Shown: piece after piece, positions 39,974-52,063 of the stretch
Layout of the letters: every line of letters starts with the position of its first letter
How positions within the stretch are numbered: the first letter of the stretch is position 1
Origin: Klebsormidium nitens
Lineage: Eukaryota > Plantae > Klebsormidiophyceae
Length of the DNA: 64,000 bases
Direction of reading: 5' to 3'
Assembly: GCA_000708835.1 (NCBI GenBank)
Contig: DF237035.1
Coordinates: forward strand, 131,899 to 195,898
Translations under genes and position numbers: made by a program
The notes under the pieces: generated by a model
What the model was told of the DNA's origin: nothing
Databases searched by the model: none
Seen by the model: only the letters and a program-made list of their open reading frames with translations

Positions 39974-42225
39974 TACCCATGTACGAGGGTCGCCCAAAAC
40001 CGGGGATAGATTTCCATTGCCTACCGGGCTACTCTTGGCACCAAACCTGGCTACCTTAACCATATTCAAGTCTGTTTCGAATCACGGAATTTGAGTCGTT
40101 GGATAATCTCATGAATCATGATCGAACAGCTTCGGACTCGTACAGAGTCCAGACTCCGGCGTTTCCGACAGAGTTGGATTGTTAAACTTTGACACAGGAT
40201 CAGTACGGTAAACCAGGAGAGCTGGTGGCCCGGTAGCTTTTTCCGGACCAGTTCCGCATGTTCCGGGGTGATGGGGTGCTGATCGCACGATGTACGGATC
40301 TAGTACCTAGGTAGGGCCATGGAACAAGTAGGTACCAGGTACCTACTAACGACTGGTACAATTGGCACCGGGAAGGTACAGAGAAAGTACAAGAAAGTAC
40401 GGAGACTCCGAATAGCCAACCGTCCCGGGATTCCACCGGGAGCGTTCCATGTTTCGAGTTTCCCCGTCTCTGGAATCCAGTCGGGGCCCCTCCCCAACCA
40501 AAGCCATTATTCTCCGGGCAGATCTGGACTGCGGACTCAGGCCCAGATTGCTGACCAAACACGCCCGGCAGTTCATCTTGGCGAAGCTATACAACTGCAT
40601 GGTGATTGCCGACGCACGCGCGAACAACCGACCTGGTCAGATGAATTATCAGCGAATGTCAGAAACAGAAGCTTGGAAGAAGGAAGACTTCCGACTTCTT
40701 CGCCGCCCGTGCCCCGATTCCCGAGCTCTTGGAGGTTGTTGTCGTGTTTCAACTTTGACCTTGAGCTACAGCTATAGCAGGCTTGCGCTTGAAAGTGGAG
40801 ACACTTGTTGTTTGCCGTCGGATGAGGGGGAGGTCCTTATATCGAATCCATCTGACGGACGTATTTGCGCAATACAAGTTCCCAGATCAGCCGGGGGCCG
40901 GGGCCCGAAGGTGGACTCTGCCGGGAGGATTCGGGAGAGCGGCAATGGCCGGGCGGCGGGAGGCTGCCGTGACCCGTCCGTCCGCGCGTTGACGAATCGA
41001 TCACGACTTCACCAACAACTTACAAGTACCATAGGTACCTACCTGTCCGACCACGTGGTCTCGGAGGACCACTTCATTGGTCAAACCAAGCGCCATGCGC
41101 CAAAAGACTCAAGGGTACATACCTACTACACACTAGGTACAGGGTGCCCGGTACAAACCATAGGTATAAGGCGTTGACATCAGCCGTACGGACGACCGGC
41201 GATCCGGTTAAATCGGCGAACTAACCTTCAGACAAGGAATAACCATAAAGTTTAATATCTATAAGGTACCGTAGAGGATTCTTGTACATGTGAGGCCCCG
41301 GACAACATTAGAAACCTAGGGTAATGTGACCGACAGACCCAAATGTCACTGGGAAGTGCCCGGTTGTCACCCGTCTGCTTGCGAGACCCTGCTGTCAGAG
41401 GGAGGACTCAGGAGCTGCTTGTTACCCGGTTGCTTGCGAGACAGGGCAGGCCCGGTTTCTTCTCGGGTACGCACTGCGCAGCGCGGGGTACGACCGCCCA
41501 ACCACCAAGTATACAGTCCTCTTACACAAAACAGTAGCTTATAGGTAGGTCACAATGACTAATAGGGGACTATTATATATATAGGTATCAATTTTCAAAC
41601 TTAATTTACCGGTATATCACAAGAACGTAATCGGTAAAAGCGAAACCGTCAGAATCCGGATGTTCAGCAATTTGCGTGGCAGCTGATGAACCTGGCGGCT
41701 CAAGTAAATCCAAGCTTTAACCAGCTCAAATTATCGGCCACGATCTGACAATCTTCACAATGAAGTTCCCAGCCAAGAACATGCGACCAGATTCCACCTT
41801 CCAAGAGCTTCCGAGCCACAAACCAGACCCAATCCTCGATACGTGTGGCTGAGCTTACCCCGATTATGCGCTAGATTCCGATCCACCTTTGGAAATCCCT
41901 CGGCAAATTCGCGAAATCTATTTTCGTGATCTGTAGTGTGCTATGACTACAGTTGCGCATACCTACGCTGATGAAGTTTGACATAACCTATGCCTTGTGT
42001 CTAATTGACGCGCCCGCGCGCCTCTCTTGCGGCCCAGGCCCGCACTGCAGTCTGCAGCTCCAGCCTCAGGAGTCAGAGTGGCAGATCCGGCCCCTATCCG
42101 GCCCCGAGCCCAGGCAGCTTGGCAAAACGGACAAAGAAGCCAAACATTTTTGGGAATAGAATGCTCGTCGACGCCATGTATTTTAACCGGGCACTGCTCA
42201 TAGAGCACAACCGAGTGACTTTGGT

Positions 42226-42320
42226 GGGGTTGGTGGGCGGGTTAGGGTGGGCTAGGGTGGGCGTGGCGGAACGACTTAGGGTGTTAGTTAGGGTTATGTC
42301 ACTGTATTTAGGTTTTTAGT
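42226..42320 (+). other. G-quadruplex-type G-run tract with degenerate TTAGGG-like repeats upstream of the E2 gene
   Basis: GGGGTTGGTGGGCGGGTTAGGGTGGGCTAGGGTGGG (42226-42261) has seven runs of three or more G with short loops; further TTAGGG at about 42276 and 42288. Confidence 0.65.
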
Positions 42321-42745
42321 GTTGGTCGGAGGCTCCCCGGTAGCACTCTGGCCCGGTACAGAGACCGTGCAGTGGTGGGTACCTTAGCTTGCAACGGTAC
42401 TTGAAGTCCAGTCTGCGCGGTACCCACCTTTGTTGGACGAGCGCCGACTTGCGTACAATTCCGAAAAAAGTTTGGCTTCTTTGTACCCCTTGCCCCAGCT
42501 AGGTAGGTCAGCCGTGCTCCTGTTTGTAGAGCTGAAGCTGCTGAACAGCCTACATATTACACCTACCTAGCTAGGCTTTGGGGGCCGCCAGAGTCAAGTT
42601 TGCAGAAAGACAGGTCCACTGGCTCAATTAAGAGCAGTTTCGTATGCGCGTGAGGCCAAGGCGGGCCAGAATTGAGGGGTGTGTTCCCTAGCAAGCCTAG
42701 CAGTCATTGAATCGCCGGCTGTAGATTCCGTGGCTTCTTCTGGTG

Positions 42746-45700
42746 ATGGCTGGCTCAAGCCAGCAGAAAGTAAGTGACACCCTTCTGTGGACTCTGTTAT
42801 GTGCAATTGCATCCCAAGTCTTCTCACTTTCAAAGGATAGATCATCACGGGTTTTCAAACTTCAACGATCTGCTGTTATGCCCTAGCATGGTTCTCCGCA
42901 GGTTTGAAGCACCTTGTTTTCCAGATTCGATATGCGCTTTGGTCGGCGATGCCCAATCGGACTCTGTCAGATTGGCCAATGCAGGAGAGTTGGTCCTGTG
43001 TTTCTTGTCAAGCAGGCAAGCCATTGGTTTTGCGCGATGTTCAAACATCCAACCCTTGAGATTTACGATCATTGGGAAGATCCTGTCTAAGAACTTGCCT
43101 TTTCTTCAAGCATCTGATCGCGCTTCCAATCTTGAGCGTACTTGCGCATTGAATGCCACCACCCTGTATATCAATTTCGTACTTGAAGGAGTAGAGTGTC
43201 AATGTTGCTTTGCACCATGCTAAAGACAGCCCCTTCTAACCAAATAAGAGTCCAAAAACGAGTGTCAAACCTCTTTCTCCTTTGAGTCAACAACAAATTG
43301 GTCTAAGGCAGCATATAGCCCTCGGAATTGTCCTCAACTTCCGTAAAAACATCAATTGATGCTGGTCAAGTGGTTGCAACCAGATGACTTGAAGCTGTCA
43401 CACAGTGCTTACAAGTTCATTGACAGTATTTCAAGTGATCCTGGGTTGTAGCTCTGTATACCCAATCTGTGTCTAGATACGGCCGCTTGATGGGCATCCC
43501 GACGCTTGGTCCGCCCATGTTTTGCAGGAGTCCTTCTTGCCCTTGTTTCAAGTCTCGCCAGGCTTGAAAAATTCTACAATTATTGGTTGTGCATATCCTG
43601 GCAGAACTTATTGGTAACTTTGTCAGCGAAAGAGAATAGAGTCGACATCTCAGCTCCATGAGGGTTACCCTGTGTCAGGCCCCAACTTAATTTGGTGCTA
43701 GCCGCTGCAAAGAGTGTTGACTGCAAAGCTCGGTGGCAAATAACGACCTTAGTAAGTTGCGTTGACCTCGGTCTCTCCCCCGGACAGGCCCTGAGCAGGA
43801 TCGCCGCCAACCGGCTGCAAAGAGGGTCGACGGCAAAGCTCGGTTATCTACCCCCATGGCATCAAGAACCATACGACTCGGTTATATCAAACACGAACGT
43901 CTTTTCGCACAGGCCCTGAGCAGGATCGCCGCCAACCGGCTGCAAAAAGAGTTGACGGAGTGGCAGCTGCACCCTCCAACAGGATTCAATCGAAAACCGA
44001 CCGATGACCTCCAACGGTGAGGCTCTCTTCTCCCCGAGTGGATTGTTTGCAGCATGCTGACCATAATTTGGTTGTTTACAGAGGCGCGCAAAGTGGACCG
44101 GCAAAAACATGCAGAAGAACGCGTACCATGGCCCAACGGATTGTCCTGTGGGTTTGAGGGTGGATTTCAAAGATGCGGACAGTGAGAATTGAACCAACTC
44201 GATCGTCGATCCGAGAGTGGACGAATGTTTTTGTAAGACGGTAAAACTGGCAGTTGCAGTCTTTTGCGACCTTTCTCCAACAAAGTTCCGGAGAGACTCT
44301 ATTTGAGTCGATGTGAGCATCTTGTGTATTTCGAGACAGGCTCTTCGAAACCCCTCAAGGGTAAAGTAGGCCGTATCTTGCTGTTAAAACGACGCGGCAG
44401 GAGTCCAAAAATTGTATCTTGGCACCACCGTACCTATCCTGAAAACAGGTTGGCGTTTGAATCGAAACCACCTCCGCGGCGGTATAAGCTGATCAGAAGT
44501 ACGAGCTCGAATAAGATGCCTCTAATAGCACAGCATAGGCGCCCATGTTTCAAACACGCCAGTTCCCCGGCATCTGACCTCGCGCAACGTGTTCCTGTCA
44601 GATGGATCATAGCGCTCGACGGGGTGCCGGACACGATTTATGCCGGAGAGCATTTCGAGCTGCAGGTCGAGTTTCCGGAGCATTATCCAATGGAAGCTCC
44701 TCAGGTGAGCCGTCCACTGCAAACCGCTACAATCAGGTCCACGCTGCTTTGTCCGAAACTGGATTTGTGCATATGCGTTCTGCCTTAGTATGGACTGGGT
44801 TTAGGACGGTTGAGGCGTCCGATCAGAGTTAGCATCTTTGACCGGAAAGAGTCATCTTTGGCATCTTGTCATTGATACACTTTCTCGTTACGTGCCCCGT
44901 CAAGCGCTGCTTGAGTACCTAACAAACACAAGAAGAGTTTTTGGAGCACGGAAGCCGTTACTTTGCTTCGTGTTGCTACCACAGCGGGCCGGTTCCTTTG
45001 AAAAGCAGCAAAGCGGTCGCCAAAGTCGACGTTTTATCTGCGGAGAGGTCGACTTTGCTGTCAGGCGCTATTGACCATCTTCGTACCTTCTTCCCCAGGT
45101 TATCTTCACCAAGCCGCCCCTTCATCCGCACATCTATAGCAACGGGCACATCTGCCTAGGTGAGCCGCTCCTCTTTGCCGCAAGTTTGGAAAGGCCCATC
45201 TGCTTTCGAGTTTCTTTCTTCTCATTTGGCATCAGGTCGGACTGTTCGTTCCTGTCCGCTATGTCACGCTTAACACAACTGACAAGTAGATGGACTGCAC
45301 TTCGGCTAACTTCACATTTCCTCAGTTGGCTTCGATCCGGTCTTTCGTCTCTTATCGCTCACTGCACCAATTATCGTCTGACGGTGCGGACATCCAATCG
45401 GTAACGTTCGAATACCTGAATGCCCCATACTCCAATTGACTCTCATCCATGGTATAGCCCGATCTTGAGGTGCGGACGCCGCATCTCCGTGAAAGTGGCG
45501 GAGCATGTTGGATTTCCGTCCGATAGTATCTTGTGGGCCGCTTGTGTTGCTTCTCAATGCTTACTGGGCTGCGTACTCACCATTGAAAACGCAAGCTTTT
45601 TGAGCTCTCTGCTCAGACGCATCGAGACATGCAACCGCAAAGTTGGTCCTGCAACGTAGGAGTGCCTTCGTCGACATACCATTTCGAACCGCCTTGCGCA

Positions 45701-46327
45701 TAGCGCATACCATCCTTGGATTGAGCCATCCGGATGTCTGCGAACCTCACCAGACCGATAGCGTTTCATAGATTCAAGTACAAGCCACTACAGTAATTGT
45801 GGTAATACTCTCTTGCAGACATCTTATACGAAGCCTGGTCGCCGGCCTTGACGGTCAGCTCCATTTGTATAAGCCTCCTGTCCATGCTCTCTAGTAACAC
45901 AGTAAAGGTGAGCCCCCGTTCCTTATTTATTTCTCTCTCCGGTCACAGCTGCGTTTTACTTTGTTTTGATGGTCTCATCGGGCTCGCAGGGCTGAACGAT
46001 AGAAATGTGGCCGTCCGCGTTTTCGCGGGCTTTCTGTGACGCAGATTCATGTTTAATACGAGCCTTAAAAGGCCATCATGTTTTCAGCTTGAACTTCCTT
46101 GCGGAACAAAGATAGCTCACAGCTTGTGAGCTGACAATTCAGAGGGCGTCAAGCCGACTCTTTTCTGGTTGCAATCTGTTGGATTGGTTAGACAGCTGTT
46201 TCTTCAAATTTGGTGTTCTGGGCCTTTCCAGGAACGACCTCCGGACAACGACCGCTATGTCCGGAACTGCAAAAACGGACGGAACCCGAAGGACACCAAG
46301 TGGTGGTTCCATGACGACAAAGTTTGA
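42746..46327 (+). CDS. UBE2W: Ubiquitin-conjugating enzyme E2, UBE2W / plant UBC15-18 group, 158 aa
   Basis: Six exons in phase: 42746-42769, 43913-44016, 44602-44704, 45099-45159, 45819-45907, 46232-46327. ALSRIAANRLQKELTEW, FPEHYPMEAPQV, HPHIYSNGHICLDILY, WSPALTVSSICISLLSML, RPPDNDRYV...KWWFHDDKV-stop. Confidence 0.96.
43785..43947 (+). repeat. 125-bp-period duplication of the E2 exon-2 acceptor and first codons
   Basis: CAG|GCCCTGAGCAGGATCGCCGCCAACCGGCTGCAAA starts at 43788 (copy) and 43913 (real exon); the copy then diverges and reaches a stop at 43919. Confidence 0.9.
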
Positions 46328-47160
46328 GCTCGTCTTAGAAACTCTTGGGATATCTACTTATAGTGAGATGACATCGTTTCTCGCTCCGATCTGTCCTGTT
46401 CTTCGAGAATAATACTGTGTACTTTGAAGGTATTAGCGGGATGTATTCCGTACAGTCTTAGTTTAGAACTTGTACATAAAGCTACGGCGAAGCTATAGGG
46501 ACGTTGCGATTCTGCCAGTGCTGATAAATGTTCTTGTTCGCATGTTGCAATATTCTTCATCTTCCCGCCCATTGCATTGTAGAAGTGCACCGATGCATGT
46601 ACCAAGCTTGACAATTATCGGTCAAGAATCATGCAGGGTATGCAACAGGAGCCGACTCATGACGGTCACTGGGGGGGTATCTGATAATGCTTGGCACTTG
46701 CAGAAGCCACAGGCTCCGGCTAACAAAGTTGCATTCGTTCTCCAAAAGACCTTAAGTCTACCGACTCTATCAAAAGCCGGAGCTGCCATGCACTACCGTA
46801 ATGGACGTGGTCCATGCACGTGAGCGTGTGCGTTGGATGCTGGAGTACAGGTGGGTTCGTCAATCGTCTCTTCTACGTCTGCCTTACTCAGCAGCCACTG
46901 ACCAGAAACCTGCTGACAACCTGTTCGGCGGGCCAGTCTCCAGACGCTGGGTGCATGGGCAGTTCGACGATAATCAGCTAGTGCCACGCTGCGCGATCCA
47001 AGGATCTGACATGGTAAGACTTTCACCGAGGGCCCGAGAGTTGTCCGGTTGTGCAGGTCAAGTCACTGTTTGGGCGAACAAACTGATGATTGAGTATCGC
47101 TTCGTTACTCGCGTGCTGAAGTTGGAAGGACTTGCTTGCGCGCGCCCGCTGCGGCAGATT

Positions 47161-47940
47161 TCTAGGGGCACGCGTGACGCGAGTGGATGTTGAGGTACAT
47201 AATGCACATGCATGCTACGGTTTCAAAGGCATGCATGATGCAAGCTTCAGGCAACCGCCTCAACGTGTCAAAACCAATTGAGTGACTGCCTGTTTGAAGT
47301 CGGTACGATAAACCGCTTACCTGGCCCGGGTATGTCGTGGCTCCAGAGTAGCCTCGCTTTGGAGACTGGACGCACTTCTCTGATGACAACATACCGTGTT
47401 GATAGTCTTGAGGCCGCCGTTTTAGTAGGGTCAACGTTTGGCGGCTGCGGTCCAGGGGGGTTCTGTTCTCAATGATTGGCAGGCTTGCATGTCACATGAC
47501 CGGCATTCAAGTTTCAATTGCGTGCGCCGTGACAGATCCGGTATCATCCGGGGTTCAATGCATCCATAATACAACGCCTGGAATTACATCATCTCAAATT
47601 CCTCAGGGGTGCTTTAAATTGTCTGCATGATTGGCATGTGCAGATGTGGAGCCCACCAGTCACGTTTCTCATGATGTCCGAGCTTGGACTGGCACAGCAC
47701 TCCCGCGTAATGTGCACGCGGCGCGTGCACTCATGTGTCAGACCTCGACTGAGCACGTCAATGCATGCAGCCAGTACGGACATGAGAGTCTTAAGAAGGA
47801 AATTGCGGTCACTAAGATAGATTTTATATATTACTTGACCTAAGTATTCGCCCACTAAGCACATAATGCATCATGTAACGCACCGGACTTATTGAGACTG
47901 ATCGGTTTCATTACAAGCGCCTGTACATGCTGTCAGCACG
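47161..47940. other. CATG-dense zone between convergent 3' ends (E2 / TPR)
   Basis: About 14 CATG in 780 bp by manual count. Confidence 0.55.
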
Positions 47941-48461
47941 GATACAGATACCCTAAGTACGATTCTCTCCTCCATTCGAGTCTACGGTGCGGTAGCTCTG
48001 CGTAACCTCAACACACAAAAATGAGACGCCGTCAGTTCTCGCGTAGGATTGCTTCTGTGATTTCAGCGCATAAAAAGTCACCAAATCCTTCCGTCTTCTT
48101 GGACCACATGACCACATGGGATAAGAGCTCCTAGCTGCATCAACTCGCACTTCTTGCCTTTCCAGATCACAACACGGACCTGCCTCGACGTCAAACTTTC
48201 CCGCATGTGACTAACAGAGGATATCGCCATCAGCCGTCTACTTTGGCAAAATTCACAACCCAACCATGTGGGCTTTCTGCAGACGAAGCCACAGGTTTCG
48301 TGGCTCGGAAGACTCCAGCTGGCAGTCATTCATTGGAGCTCGGTGCCCCTTCACACCGTGCGGGAGCGACAATGGAGAAGCGGACTCGAGCCAAGACCGT
48401 ACAGCCTTTAGGCCTCCGTAGGGAGTGGACCGGATACACGTGGCGCCGTGTAATTGGGCGG

Positions 48462-51400
48462 CTATTGCTGTAGGGTGATGAGCCTCTCCATTGCCTCAAG
48501 TAGACTGGGGGGCCATTGCAGGGCAGCCCTAGCAAACCTGGGAGGGGAAATGACGAATCAGACCGTTGCAAACCTACGAATCGGTATTCCTGGGTGTCGG
48601 GAGATTCGAATGGAGAAGGGAGCGTGTAGTCTCCTAGATAGATAAGATTAAACCGTTGAAGCAAGCAACGAAGCACCGAAAAAGAACGCGGATTGGTCCT
48701 TCACTGGAAGGGAGGTCCACTTGTCGAGCCCATATGTTGAAGTGCCTACGTTACACAGAAAGATATTTTGTGGACTCTTCTGAAGATGGCGCCGACTTTT
48801 GACTACGGCCGCCTGCCTTACCTCTGGACGACGCGAAAGTGGGTGAGGGAGTCCGATCGGACTCGATCGACGGTCTAGAACGTAGATAATGAGAACGCTC
48901 CTTGCTTCGCTCAAAGAAAGTTGCCAAAGAGTCCATTTCCAACTCCACTACCTGTCCCACACTCCAAGCCGACCATCGACATTGAAACGAAAGTGAAGCG
49001 AGACTGAAGCGAAATTGAAGCGATTGCGTTTCGAAGCTCTCAGAGAGATTGGACCCTCACTTCATGGTCCCAAGTCGGGGCTCCTGCGTGGTCGCCGCGT
49101 TGAGCTCCCCCTCCGCACGCGCACGCTTCCCCTGGCTCCACAGAATGGCCGCAAGCGCCGCGTGCGCCTCGGCGTAGTTGGGGTACTTGCGCACGATGCT
49201 GCTGATCTGCTGCGCCGCCTCGTCGGGCCGCTTCAGCTGCGGACAGAGCGGGGAGAAACGCTGGGTGTCCGTATGATCAAGAAGGGTGCGAAGGAGCTTT
49301 GAATGAGTGTCCGAACGGGTGGCGAGGTGTCCGAACGAGCTCAAATCAGCGCCCACAGGTTGCTAAGTATCAAACGAGCTCACATGAGCGTCCGAACGGG
49401 TTACGAAGTAATCAAACGAGCTCGAGTGAGCGTCCCCATGCGTGTTGAGCTTACGTTGCGTTCAAAAAGCCTCCAAAAAGCGTCCAGATGCAATGAAAGT
49501 ACTCAACAGGAATCCCGTTCGTCCCGTTGAGGACAGGGCGGAAAAGATAGATCGAGCGTCCGATTTGTTGCTGCAAGTTTTCCAAGTACCTTCAAGTGTG
49601 TGCTAAAGGTACTCCTTTGAACACACGGTTGATTTTGCGGACGCGAACGAGCCTGTACCTAAAAACCTCAGATGAGAGGATGGAGACTCGGCAGTTTCCA
49701 ATCGACGCGAAACCTTACCTGGAAAAGAACGGTGGCTGCTCGTAGCCGGTACCCCGCAATCCCGGGGGCTAGGTCAGCCGCTCTTTGATAATCGGAAAGA
49801 GCGCCGCTGTAGTTTGCAACTCGCGTCTCAACGTTCCCCTTGTTGAACCAGGCCGCATACTCTCGAGGGTCATTCTTAATAGCAGCGTCACAGTCGTTAA
49901 TTGCTTCTGGATATCGGGCGAGAGCCTGCAAATGATTAGGGCAGTCTTTCAGGGCGTTCCTTGGGCGCTCTATCTGCATACAGGTGTATGAGGCAACCAT
50001 GAATCGCCAAGAATAGCAAGTCCTCCAAACCTGGTTGAAAGAGGACAGACTAGGTTCATTGCTTGTTGGTGGTTGTCTTAAGAAGACAGACTTCGTTGGA
50101 CCAAACACCAAATTACGGGAGGACTGTACGGCAACGACAAAAGAGAGTCACGACAAGCGGGGAACCTTTCGAACTAGGAAGAAGACTGATCGAGACTTTC
50201 GAAAAGCAAATGATACCAGTAGTCGAGCAAAAGAGTAGGCAACGTGTCCGTTCGCTTTGCGAATAAAAGATCCCCGCTCCTTACAGAAGGCCTGTCTCAA
50301 AACGTCTACAGCTGATCCCGACTTCAGAGCGGAACAGTATTGGAAGTACAAGACTTGCAAATTTACACCCCTCCTTCGAGGATTCTTCCCGCAGCCTGAT
50401 GCTGTGCACTTTAGCTATATAGATAGTTGCCAATGCAATAGATACGTTAGTGCAATGAGGACCCCTCCAGGCCGCTCGAACTTCGAAACGTGATTCCTAC
50501 CTCATATGCGATCGCTCTGTTCAAATATGGCACTGATGCCGTCGGCGCCAGTTCGATTGCTCTTGAAAAGTCCGCCGCCGCAGCTTCGAACTTTCCTAGG
50601 GAGAGCCGCACACTGCCCCGGTTGCTCCAAACGGAAGCGGAGTCAGGAACCTCCTTCAGAATGTCGCTGAACATGTCTTCGGCACGTGCAAAGTCCCCCG
50701 CAACTGTCCCATTGAAACTTGAAAGACTCAAGAATGAGCAATCATGGTTCCTGGTTGCTTTAGCACCTTCCGGACCGCAACACCAATTAGAACTTGCTTC
50801 ACCGGAGGCATTGAACAGGCAGTGAAGACCTGTACTCACGTCAGATGGACTGGCAGTTTGGCGGCACGGCAGTTTCGAGCTTCTTGATACTTTCGTCGTG
50901 TCACAAGCGTGATTAGTTGGTGGGGCACAATACATCGGTGGGGCTGGGCGGAACACTGACACACATCAAATGACCGTCATCATCTCTGACACAGCAAACG
51001 CGGCAGCTCTCAAGTGGCAAACAGCCCTCCGTATCTGCAGGTAACGCCATCGCTGACCACACTGGTGGCGCCTATCCCCTCTCTTATCGGGGGGGGGCAG
51101 ATCAGAGTCTGAAGAAGACCATTGCGACACATCCCCTTATGGAGTCCGTGCTCCGGCGGGCCTGCATGCAAGAGAGCCAGAAACCAAAGCCGTTTGACCA
51201 TGGCATTCGAGCCTAATGAGCTCACCCGCAGCTTCAAGCGCCTGGCGCAGCTCCGTGTTCTCAACATCTGCAAGCCTCACATTGTGGTTGGGCTCTGCCC
51301 ACAAAACCCCGGGGGCCGCAGCGCTGAGTGTAAGGGCAGTCAACGCAGCCCCCACATTGCGAAGGATCTGTCGCCGACTCGACCGGCTGCTTTCACTGCT

Positions 51401-51676
51401 GGTGTCTTGAACGGAGGCGCTGGGCTCTGATTGGTGTTGCTCAACAGAGGAGGTTTGGATAAGGGAATTTGAGGGAGGCCGAACTCGGCATTGGCAGGGA
51501 CATTGCTGTTCTTGCATGTGGTGCAAGCGCCTGTTCGAACCGGCAGCTTTCTGTGAAGACAACGGTGTTAAGAAGTTGCTCGTGAGAATCTGATCAGCAT
51601 TGCGCGTCGGTTGTTTGTGCAGGAGGGTGTAGTTTACGTGAGTGGTAGTCTTGCAAAACGTTGTTGACGACGCCAT
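48462..51676 (-). CDS. Plastid TPR protein of cyanobacterial type with bipartite (transit plus twin-arginine) targeting signal, 370 aa
   Basis: Five exons in phase: 51676-51226, 50703-50501, 49925-49719, 49236-49061, 48537-48462. Ser/Thr-rich N-terminus, then SRRQILRNVGAALTALTLSAAAPGVLWA; TPR motifs VWSNRGSVR, PYLNRAIAYE, AWFNKGNVE; C-terminal VRKYPNYAEAHAALAAILWSQG ... QWPPSLLEAMERLITL resembles cyanobacterial TPR proteins as I recall them. Confidence 0.88.
49303..49437. repeat. Degenerate ~40-bp tandem repeat (~3 copies) in a TPR-gene intron
   Basis: Recurring TGAG(T/C)GTCC and AACGAGCTC blocks at about 40-bp spacing. Confidence 0.7.
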
Positions 51677-52063
51677 TGTGACTAGCTCAACGCTGATCGT
51701 GTACAAGTTCAACACAGTTTAGCAAGCATTTGAAGACGCCTGCATCGCTTCAAGCTGTACGTACGGTGCTTTCGGCAGCTCAACTGCGGTTAAGCTAACT
51801 GCGTTCTAGCCAACCCAGAACCTCAAACCCACAGCCGGTGGTGGTAGCTAGAGCTAACCCCGGGTTAATCTCGAAATAGGGTTTTGACGCCCTCAATCAA
51901 ACCACTGAGCTGAGGCCCTGCATTCCTGCGCAGTGACACATTGTAGGAAGACCAATGCCAATGGCAACACTGACAAAAGTCGCAAGGTAGGTGTTTTAGA
52001 CAATCAATTGCAGAGGTCGTTCAGGTTTCTCGTCTAGCTTTGATCTAGCCCTGCCGCTGCACG
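51677..52063. promoter_or_regulatory. Probable bidirectional promoter between head-to-head TPR and THIM genes, with a telo-box
   Basis: Only 387 bp separate the two start codons; TAGGGTTT (telo-box AAACCCTA, reverse) at 51877-51884. Confidence 0.55.

Noticed and set aside
40449-41177. 242-aa ORF as a transposase or novel gene
   Set aside because: No DDE, HTH or zinc-finger motif recognised and no ATG-and-splice context; kept only as part of the GTAC-rich block finding.
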